64,000 nt of DNA from Paludibacteraceae bacterium (GTDB lineage: Bacteria > Bacteroidota > Bacteroidia > Bacteroidales > Paludibacteraceae): NCBI GenBank assembly GCA_045531475.1, contig JAZSEB010000024.1, positions 88,017-152,016 of the forward strand, in the 5' to 3' direction. Positions 48,081 to 55,180 of this stretch are shown piece by piece. Both the position numbers and the translations under genes were made by a program. The first letter of the stretch is position 1. Every line of letters begins with the position of its first letter. The notes under the pieces are model-generated. The model saw nothing but the letters and a program-made list of their open reading frames with translations, searched no databases and was not told where the DNA came from.

Positions 48081-48112
48081 CGCTTTTTTTTTGATATTTG
48101 CAAAAAAAATAC

Positions 48113-48120
48113 TACCTTTG
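48113..48120 (+). promoter_or_regulatory. -7 promoter box (TACCTTTG) for the LD-carboxypeptidase gene
   Basis: Exact motif 8 nt upstream of the ATG at 48128. Confidence 0.5.
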
Positions 48121-48127
48121 CAGCCAA

Positions 48128-49072
48128 ATGAAGCATATTCACATAATTTCACCTGCAAGTGCGATTGATTCGCAATGGATAAAAAGGGCTTCTCTCCGTT
48201 TAGAGCAGTGGGGCTTTCGTGTATCGGTTGCTCAGCATGCATATGGCAATATTGGTCGTTTTTCGGCTACAGATGAAGAGCGCGTGGCCGATTTGAATGC
48301 TGCGTTTGCTGATCCCACAATTGACATTATCTTGTGTAGTCGTGGTGGTTATGGCTTGCAGCGTATCATTGATAAGGTGGTCCTGCCACAACGTCCCAAA
48401 GACCAATGGCCTATGTTGGTGGGATTTTCCGACATCACCGCGTTACATAGTCTATTGAGCTTGCATGATGTTGCATCATTGCATGCCAATATGTGCAAAG
48501 ACTTATCTTTGTTGCCAGATGAAGATATTGCATTGTCTGCGGAACGTGAGTTTTTTATGGCAGATATTATTCCCTCACCACTTTCGTTCACTTCACATCT
48601 CCTGCCACTTACCTATCACCCTTCGCCACACCATGCTAATGTACCTTATACAATCCACCACACCTCTTCTTCTCCGCTCAACCGCGGTGGTGAAGTTGTG
48701 GGAAAATTGATTGGTGGTAATTTGAGTGTACTCTATGGCTTGCAAGGTACTCCTTATAGTTTGAATAAGATTATCGAACAATGCGAACAACCGCCAATTC
48801 TGTTTATTGAGGATATAAGTGAAAACCATTACCATATTGATCGCATGCTTAATAGTCTTCGTATGTCTGCCGTGTTTGATAGTATTGGTGGCCTAGTGGT
48901 AGGGCAGTTCACTGATTGTGCCGACGACCCTTCTATGGGATGCTCGTTGCTCGAGTCAATTCGTCAAGTGGTAGATGACTATTCATTCCCTATCCTCTTT
49001 GATTATCCTTCTGGACATATTGATTCGAATTATCCCTTATTGCTTTCAGCAGACTATCTTCTTTCCGTCTAA
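48128..49072 (+). CDS. LD-carboxypeptidase (peptidase S66) with a low-complexity interdomain insertion
   Basis: GFSDITALH (Ser nucleophile), GGNLSVL, FIEDISE, PSGH (His). Confidence 0.8.
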   Translation: MKHIHIISPASAIDSQWIKRASLRLEQWGFRVSVAQHAYGNIGRFSATDEERVADLNAAFADPTIDIILCSRGGYGLQRIIDKVVLPQRPKDQWPMLVGFSDITALHSLLSLHDVASLHANMCKDLSLLPDEDIALSAEREFFMADIIPSPLSFTSHLLPLTYHPSPHHANVPYTIHHTSSSPLNRGGEVVGKLIGGNLSVLYGLQGTPYSLNKIIEQCEQPPILFIEDISENHYHIDRMLNSLRMSAVFDSIGGLVVGQFTDCADDPSMGCSLLESIRQVVDDYSFPILFDYPSGHIDSNYPLLLSADYLLSV

Positions 49073-49091
49073 ACTTAATCCTATTTATAAC

Positions 49092-49118
49092 AAAAGAGAG
49101 GCTTTTGCCTCTCTTTTT
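49092..49118. terminator. Bidirectional terminator between the LD-carboxypeptidase and HMA genes
   Basis: AAAGAGAGGC, loop TTTT, GCCTCTCTTT, followed by TT. Confidence 0.65.
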
Positions 49119-49446
49119 AGTGTTGATGTGTATGCTCTTCGTGATGAGTGTGCTCTGGCTTGTTTGTGGTGGCTGGCTTGCCAATCTTGGCAAAAGCCTT
49201 CTGCAGAGTAGGCACATTGGTCTTGTTGGCATCGTAGGTCACGGTCACTGTCTGCGCTTCCATATCAAATACAATGTCTTTCACACCTTTCTCAAAGGCA
49301 ATGTTCTTCATAATTTTATCGCAGCAATCTTGGCAGTGCAGGTGCACATATAATACCACTTTTTGTTTGTTCGGTTTGGCCTCTGCGGTTGATAGAACAA
49401 AAGCCATTGGCAGGATCGCCATTAAAAAAATAATCAGTCGTTTCAT
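49117..49446 (-). CDS. Secreted heavy-metal-associated (HMA) domain protein with a His-rich tail
   Basis: Signal peptide MKRLIIFLMAILPMAFVLSTAEA; HCQDCC metal-binding motif; C-terminal EHTHHEEHTHQH. Confidence 0.7.
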   Translation of the reverse strand: MKRLIIFLMAILPMAFVLSTAEAKPNKQKVVLYVHLHCQDCCDKIMKNIAFEKGVKDIVFDMEAQTVTVTYDANKTNVPTLQKAFAKIGKPATTNKPEHTHHEEHTHQH

Positions 49447-49471
49447 ATCTTTGTCTTTAATATTATACTTA

Positions 49472-51820
49472 CTACTCATCTCGCTCTAGAGCCCAACGGA
49501 AACCTAGATACATCTTCCATCCATGGATAGGAGCCCATATCATGGATGCATCGAAATTTGCGGATTGTGGATTCACATATCTCTCGTCTTTCGCCTCTAA
49601 CCTCTCACCTACTATCGGATTATCCTGACGGAAATTGGTCATGTTCTCAGCCCCAAGATAAATGGACCATGTACGGAAAAACTTAGTAATCTGTCCTAGT
49701 AATTGTGGATACCATTTGTGGTAAATATAGCCATTATGGCTTGTATATTGACTACTGCCTTCTGGTACTACGAATCCGTCTGGCATACGACCTTCGCCAT
49801 TAAATTGTGCAGTAAGGTCAAATTGCCAAGTCTTCAGTGGCGTTTGATAACTGGTAGTAATGATACCTTTAAATTTATTTTGAAGTGGTTTATCTCGTAG
49901 TTGCCATTCATTGGCTGTTGTATTAAACGAAGTTTGTTTCACATCGGTATAGCGGAAGGCTGCAGTCATGGTCCATCCGCGCAGGATTTCCATATTCGCC
50001 TCTACTTGCCAGTTGTGGGAGAAGTATTGCGAACCATCTACATCGTGCATGTTGTATAGGGTGATGCTATGCAAGTCACGGTCCATGTCGGCAATCACAC
50101 CGTCCAAGAATCTCGTATAGTAATATTCGCCTGAAAGTTGCAATTCTCGGCTGCCAATAGGGATGTAGAACACCGTCGAAAGTCCTGTATTCATCGAACG
50201 TTCTTGCGCCAATCCGCCATTCTCCATTTCATTGCCCAATGGCCCGTCGCCAAAACAATACATTCGGTTACTTGGCAAATATGCTGCATTGTCGGCAATG
50301 GCATTAGGCGAACGATAGCCCAATCCTACTGAACCACGCAAGGTCCACCATTCGAAGGGCGCATAACGAAGGTTCATACGAGGGGTGGTAAAGAAACCAT
50401 ATTCACTGGAATAATCCTCGCGCACGCCCACGAGCAACGTCACTTTGTCTTTGTACGTATAGGTATATTCTGCGAATACACCAGGGGTCACTTCCCACGC
50501 GTCACGTATGTAGGAGTGTTGGTCAATACCGATAGGCGATAATAATTCTTCATTATAATCGTCGAAGTTCACACTCAATCCTGCCGATAAGTTATGCGAG
50601 TGATCATCCCATAGGTCAGTAGCCGAATCGTCGAACGATGTTTGGAATATGGCATTCAGATAGGCATTTGTTTGAGCTGCATTCCATTGACGAGGACCAT
50701 AGGTGTTTTGTTGGTTGTGATAGGAAGCCGCAGCAATAATACCGATTGACATTCCCGTCTCTTGATCAAATACATATCCATTCTTCATAAACCCATCGAC
50801 ACGCCATGTGTTCAAGTCAATAGTGTATGGTGATTCCATCACTTCCATAGCGTCTTTTGTCTGTCCGCCAATGCGACGATCATAAAGACCGCGTACCAAG
50901 AACTGCCCCGTATAATCACCATCTTTGATATACCAACGATTCAGCAAGTTCACGTTCGTATTTTTGGGCATATCCAGAAACCCATCATGATTATGGTCCA
51001 ATTCCAGCGACATGTTTTGTGCATGGAATAGCACACCAGTCGACACCTTGTCATTGATATCCCAACCGCCTGTGGCATTCACTTCGGCGTGTAACTCAGT
51101 ACTCAACATAGCATTCAAAGCTATCGGGTCTTGTGTTTGTGGCTTCAAGTACTCCACATTAATCTGTCCCGCTATCGCTTCATAGCCATTCAACACCGAC
51201 GATGTACCTTTGCTCACTTGTATGGCTTCCATCCATGGACCAGGTATGTATTCCATACCAAATGCTTGTGCCAGTCCGCGGATGTTAGGTGTATTCTCTG
51301 TCAACATCTGCACGTATGTACCGCTCAGTCCTAACAAGCGAATTTGTTTTGCACCAGTAGCAGCGTCCGAGTATGCCACATCTACCGATGCGCTAGTTTC
51401 AAAACTCTCTGATAGATTGCAGCATGCGGCCATACACAGAGCTTCACCCGTGAGTGTTTCTGTTGTCAGTGGTGATACGCGTGAACGGAGCACAGCCATT
51501 TTGCGCTCTACAATATCTACTTCTTCTAGCAACAAGTTGCTCACCAATACTATAGTCAGTTCGCTATGTTGCGTTACTTCAGTGGTATCATTGTGGTATC
51601 CCATGAAACTGGTTACTAGCAAATTGGTTTCCTTTACGGGCTCCAATTTGAAATGTCCGTCAAGGTCGGTAGCTACTCCCACGGTGGTATTTGCCCAATA
51701 TACGTTCGCACCCACCAAAGGATACCCTTTATCATCCAATACCGTTCCCCACGCATGCGCATATGCACCCGCCACATGCGCGAACATTAATAATACTAAT
51801 ATTATCTTTTTCATATTCAT
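49472..51820 (-). CDS. TonB-dependent receptor with an N-terminal carboxypeptidase-regulatory-like domain
   Basis: Signal peptide; ..GTVLDDKGYPLVGANVYW..; plug and barrel; C-terminal ..GFRWALERDE. The upstream part of the track ORF is translated repeat DNA, so the start is set at 51820. Confidence 0.8.
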   Translation of the reverse strand: MNMKKIILVLLMFAHVAGAYAHAWGTVLDDKGYPLVGANVYWANTTVGVATDLDGHFKLEPVKETNLLVTSFMGYHNDTTEVTQHSELTIVLVSNLLLEEVDIVERKMAVLRSRVSPLTTETLTGEALCMAACCNLSESFETSASVDVAYSDAATGAKQIRLLGLSGTYVQMLTENTPNIRGLAQAFGMEYIPGPWMEAIQVSKGTSSVLNGYEAIAGQINVEYLKPQTQDPIALNAMLSTELHAEVNATGGWDINDKVSTGVLFHAQNMSLELDHNHDGFLDMPKNTNVNLLNRWYIKDGDYTGQFLVRGLYDRRIGGQTKDAMEVMESPYTIDLNTWRVDGFMKNGYVFDQETGMSIGIIAAASYHNQQNTYGPRQWNAAQTNAYLNAIFQTSFDDSATDLWDDHSHNLSAGLSVNFDDYNEELLSPIGIDQHSYIRDAWEVTPGVFAEYTYTYKDKVTLLVGVREDYSSEYGFFTTPRMNLRYAPFEWWTLRGSVGLGYRSPNAIADNAAYLPSNRMYCFGDGPLGNEMENGGLAQERSMNTGLSTVFYIPIGSRELQLSGEYYYTRFLDGVIADMDRDLHSITLYNMHDVDGSQYFSHNWQVEANMEILRGWTMTAAFRYTDVKQTSFNTTANEWQLRDKPLQNKFKGIITTSYQTPLKTWQFDLTAQFNGEGRMPDGFVVPEGSSQYTSHNGYIYHKWYPQLLGQITKFFRTWSIYLGAENMTNFRQDNPIVGERLEAKDERYVNPQSANFDASMIWAPIHGWKMYLGFRWALERDE

Positions 51821-51832
51821 AATCCTTTTCTC

Positions 51833-51878
51833 TTCCACTTTCCACCTTCCACTTTCCACCCTCCACCTTACACCCTCC
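51833..51878. repeat. Heptamer-like low-complexity module (TTCCACY)n
   Basis: ttccact ttccacc ttccact ttccacc ctccacc ttacacc ctcc, read directly. Confidence 0.85.
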
Positions 51879-51884
51879 TTGGTT

Positions 51885-51928
51885 GTCCATGCTCTCGGCG
51901 TACATGCCGAGTATCCCTTTCTCTAAGC
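51885..51928. repeat. CTCGGC-hairpin module, copy 1
   Basis: gtccatgctCTCGGCgtacatGCCGAGtatccctttctctaagc. Stem 51894-51899 pairs with 51906-51911. Confidence 0.85.
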
Positions 51929-53653
51929 ACCAACCACCAACTGTCCCACCTGATAAATCACAAAACTCAACACCCAGGCTAGTATCAGCGACTGTGCAAC
52001 GCTAAACCATGCCCATTTGGCTCCAATCTCTCGGCGCAAGGTTGTTATGGTGGCCACGCATGGGAAGTACAGTAGCACAAACACCATAAACGCAAACGCA
52101 GTCACGGGTGTGAAGGCCGATAAGGCTGTATCGGCAGGGTAGAGTATGCCCATTGTGGATACAATGGCCTCTTTAGCGGGCAATCCTGTCAATAGGCATA
52201 CCGACATCTTCCAGTCGAAGCCTAGTGGGCGCATCACGGGCTCTATCCAATGTCCAATGCTAGCTAAGTAGCTCTCTTCCATATGGTTCATATCTCCGGT
52301 AGGGAAATAGGTCAATGCCCAAATAATCACGCTTGCCCAGATGATCACTGCAGGTATTTTCTGCAAATAGTCGGCTACGCGCTCCCAGATGTGCAATCCT
52401 GTATTGCGCAAGGTGGGGTGGCGGTAGGGTGGCAACTCACTCACGTAATCATGCTTTGGCTGACGAAAAGCGGGCATATGTTGCATCACCCATGCGAAGC
52501 AGATGCTCAACAATATACCTATTATATATAGGGAGAGCATTACCAACGCTTTTTTCTCTGCAAAGAACGCTCCAATGAATAGCATATATACTGGCAGGCG
52601 GGCCGAGCAACTCATAAATGGTACCATCATCATCGTGATCGCGCGGTCTTTCTTATTAGTAATATCACGTGCGGCCATGATAGCTGGCACATTGCATCCA
52701 AAGCCCATCAGCATAGGGATAAATGAACTTCCGTGCAGTCCAATGCGGTGCATCAGTTTGTCCATCATGTATGCGGCACGAGCCATATACCCCGAGTCCT
52801 CCATCAAACTGAGGAAGAAGAACATAATGATAATGTTCGGCAGGAAGGCCAATACCGCACCTATACCCATCACTACACCATCTATCAGCAAACTGCTCCA
52901 CCATGCTGTTGGCATCAGCCCGCGCAGCCAGTCGGCCAATGCGTTTATGCCCATTGCAATCCAATCTTGTGGATAGCTTCCTAGGGTGAAGGTACATTCA
53001 AAAATGGTGTATAGTACGAGTAATAGTATTGGTAGTCCAATCCATTTGTTGGTCAGTACCTTATCTATTTTATCTGCTAGTGTGTGCCCTGTGTCATTTT
53101 TCGCATGCTTCAGGGTCTCTTCCAATGCTCCATGTACGAATCCTCTACGTGCTTGTGCTATCAGTTTGGCTGTAGGAATGCCATACTCTTGCATCAGTTT
53201 TCTTCGCTCTTCTTGGGCTACTTTTATCAGTTCTTCCGAATGTGGCAATAGTGCCAGCATCTCGTCTGGACGTTCCAATAGGCGGATCGCCATATACCTT
53301 TTAGAGTATTTCTCGCGCACGTTGGGCAATGTTACTATCACGTCAATAATATGGGCGATAGCTTCTTCTACGTCTTTGCCATATGCCACATGCACATGCC
53401 TAAATCCTTCTCCTTCGGCTAGTATAGCAGCTTTATCTTCGATGAGTCCAATGCGTACACCGAACAGCTTGCTCAATAGTTGATAATTGAGCATGTGATC
53501 TGTATTCAGAAGCTCTTGATAATGAGTCAGTAGTACCACAAATGGCTGATGGCGGTCCATCAGTGCTGCGGTGCGTACCAGTTCATCCTCCAGATACCTT
53601 GCATCCACTTCCTGAATCTGCACTCCCTGTTCTATATACTCTTTTTCATTCAT
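51923..53653 (-). CDS. FeoB-like ferrous iron permease lacking FeoA and the GTPase P-loop region
   Basis: Helical domain and two Gate domains look intact (..KWIGLPILLLVLY.., ..GLPAKEAIVSTMG..). The N-terminus starts within the G-domain remnant. ATG at 53653 preferred over the GTG at 53668, which lies inside repeat DNA. Confidence 0.7.
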   Translation of the reverse strand: MNEKEYIEQGVQIQEVDARYLEDELVRTAALMDRHQPFVVLLTHYQELLNTDHMLNYQLLSKLFGVRIGLIEDKAAILAEGEGFRHVHVAYGKDVEEAIAHIIDVIVTLPNVREKYSKRYMAIRLLERPDEMLALLPHSEELIKVAQEERRKLMQEYGIPTAKLIAQARRGFVHGALEETLKHAKNDTGHTLADKIDKVLTNKWIGLPILLLVLYTIFECTFTLGSYPQDWIAMGINALADWLRGLMPTAWWSSLLIDGVVMGIGAVLAFLPNIIIMFFFLSLMEDSGYMARAAYMMDKLMHRIGLHGSSFIPMLMGFGCNVPAIMAARDITNKKDRAITMMMVPFMSCSARLPVYMLFIGAFFAEKKALVMLSLYIIGILLSICFAWVMQHMPAFRQPKHDYVSELPPYRHPTLRNTGLHIWERVADYLQKIPAVIIWASVIIWALTYFPTGDMNHMEESYLASIGHWIEPVMRPLGFDWKMSVCLLTGLPAKEAIVSTMGILYPADTALSAFTPVTAFAFMVFVLLYFPCVATITTLRREIGAKWAWFSVAQSLILAWVLSFVIYQVGQLVVGA

Positions 53654-53656
53654 CTC

Positions 53657-53694
53657 TTCACTTTCCACCTTACACCTTACACTCTACACCCTAC
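53657..53694. repeat. Heptamer-like low-complexity module (YTTACAC / CTACACC)
   Basis: ttcactttccaccttacaccttacactctacaccctac. Confidence 0.85.
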
Positions 53695-53699
53695 TTTGC

Positions 53700-53745
53700 C
53701 GTTCATGCTCTCGGCGTACATGCCGAGTATCCTATATCTCTAAAC
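53700..53745. repeat. CTCGGC-hairpin module, copy 2
   Basis: cgttcatgctCTCGGCgtacatGCCGAGtatcctatatctctaaac. Stem 53710-53715 pairs with 53722-53727. Confidence 0.9.
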
Positions 53746-53767
53746 ACTAAACACTAAACACTAAACA
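53740..53767. repeat. Tandem array (CTAAACA)x4
   Basis: Four perfect 7-nt units. Confidence 0.95.
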
Positions 53768-53768
53768 T

Positions 53769-53800
53769 CGCCTTATTGCCTTATCGCCTCATCACCTCCC
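53769..53800. repeat. CGCCTTAT / CCTCATCACC low-complexity module
   Basis: cgccttattgccttatcgcctcatcacctccc. Related copies at 26603-26624 (rc) and inside the CDS at 54611-54680. Confidence 0.8.
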
Positions 53801-53805
53801 TAGCC

Positions 53806-53850
53806 GTCCCTGCCCTCGGCGTATATGCCGAGTATCCTATATCTCTAAAC
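53806..53850. repeat. CTCGGC-hairpin module, copy 3
   Basis: cgtccctgccCTCGGCgtatatGCCGAGtatcctatatctctaaac. Stem 53815-53820 pairs with 53827-53832. Confidence 0.9.
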
Positions 53851-54040
53851 TCTAAACACTAGCCCCCAAGGGGCGTTCACTAAACACTAACCCTAAAGGC
53901 GCGTTAAATCGCCTGCAAAATTACTGCCATTTTTCCAATTGGGCAATACCCAAAAGTGGGTATTTTTATGTTTCGTTTTGGCAATTTTTCGTTTCAAAGT
54001 ACTGTAACTGCGTTATAACCAACTGCTTATGTCGGAAATA

Positions 54041-54050
54041 CCCCCCCCCC
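54041..54050. repeat. C10 homopolymer tract
   Basis: ggaaata-CCCCCCCCCC-gctg, about 70 nt upstream of the -33 region of the 54143 promoter. Confidence 0.95.
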
Positions 54051-54142
54051 GCTGTTTCGAATCATTTCGTCAAATGATTATTAAAAATGCCAATTCGACT
54101 ATAAAAATTTTATTTTTATTTTGTCAGTTCAAATATTTTTTG

Positions 54143-54150
54143 TACCTTTG
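54143..54150 (+). promoter_or_regulatory. -7 promoter box (TACCTTTG) for the Ser-rich protein / surface locus
   Basis: Exact motif 29 nt before the ATG at 54179, with a TTTG -33 element about 19 nt upstream. Confidence 0.55.
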
Positions 54151-54178
54151 CACGCAGTTTGTATCAAATATTTAGAAA

Positions 54179-55180
54179 ATGAAGACAAATTTTAATATAT
54201 TTATTCTATTGTTCGTGTGCCTACTAATAGGCAGTATGTGGTCTGTGCTACATATGAGTATGGATGAAAATTCCTTAGCGCATAACCCTAGCAACATAAC
54301 GGAATTGCTGGGCGAGCAGTCTGAGGATCAGTCGTTGAATGGTTCGCCGTTTACGAATGCTACCCTGTCTGGAGGACAGTCTAACAGCAGTGCTTTGTCG
54401 CTTGGTGGCTTGAGGGGGTCAACTATGTCCTTCTCTAGTCGTGCAAACCGTGCGCCCCTTGTTTCGTACGCGCGTAACGCGAGCTCGCAACCCAGTTCTT
54501 TGCCTTCTGGCTCAACTGCTGCGTCGCCTATTTCGCATTTTACCAGTGCGGGTGAGTATCATTCGTTTGGTGGTGGCGTTATGGTTGGTGGGAACTATGC
54601 TTCCTCTTCAGGCCTTATTGCCTCATCGCCTTCTAACCTCATCACCTCATCGCCAATCGCCTACAGCTCATTGCCTATAGCCAACCGCTCTGTTTCTTCT
54701 TCCCAGGGCTCGACGGGCGAAGTGATGCCTGTTGCAGACCAATCTTTCTCTGTAGCGTCGGCGTCATATACATCGCCTTTCGCTGCGGACTATGCCTTCA
54801 ACTCCTATGGCACAGCTTCCTATGGCGGCTATTCCAGCCCTAACCGCATCGGTGGCAGACAGAATGCACCTGGCTCTGGCTTGGGTAATACTTGGCTCAA
54901 CTGGTTGGATAACTATTTTGGTGCAAGCACCACTTTCGATTATGATAGTGCTTTAGCAGCATATAACGAGATGATTGCTTCTTGGAATGCAGGAATGGGT
55001 GATCCTCCTAATTTCGATGACTTCTTAGCTTGGCTTATGGCCGGTGGTGAAGGTGGATATACCAAGAACGATCACACCTACAATTACGTGCCTGTTGGCG
55101 GTATTTTGCCACTCTTCCTCATGGCTCTCATTTATGCGATAATCCTCTTTGTTAAACGAAATAAAACTGCTCAATTATGA
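54179..55180 (+). CDS. Ser-rich, low-complexity protein with N- and C-terminal TM helices (hypothetical)
   Basis: 333 aa. N-terminal FNIFILLFVCLLIGSMWSVL; about 200 aa rich in Ser/Gly/Ala; C-terminal VPVGGILPLFLMALIYAIILFVKRNK. Its stop overlaps the next ATG (ATGA). Confidence 0.5.
   Translation: MKTNFNIFILLFVCLLIGSMWSVLHMSMDENSLAHNPSNITELLGEQSEDQSLNGSPFTNATLSGGQSNSSALSLGGLRGSTMSFSSRANRAPLVSYARNASSQPSSLPSGSTAASPISHFTSAGEYHSFGGGVMVGGNYASSSGLIASSPSNLITSSPIAYSSLPIANRSVSSSQGSTGEVMPVADQSFSVASASYTSPFAADYAFNSYGTASYGGYSSPNRIGGRQNAPGSGLGNTWLNWLDNYFGASTTFDYDSALAAYNEMIASWNAGMGDPPNFDDFLAWLMAGGEGGYTKNDHTYNYVPVGGILPLFLMALIYAIILFVKRNKTAQL

Noticed and set aside
53945-53967. Orphan plus-strand terminator-like hairpin as the 3' end of an sRNA arising from the repeat region upstream of the Ser-rich gene
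   Set aside because: No exact TAnnTTTG box precedes it on the plus strand (only a 7-nt TACTTTG at about 53692). It may simply be another repeat-family hairpin. Evidence is insufficient to call an RNA gene.
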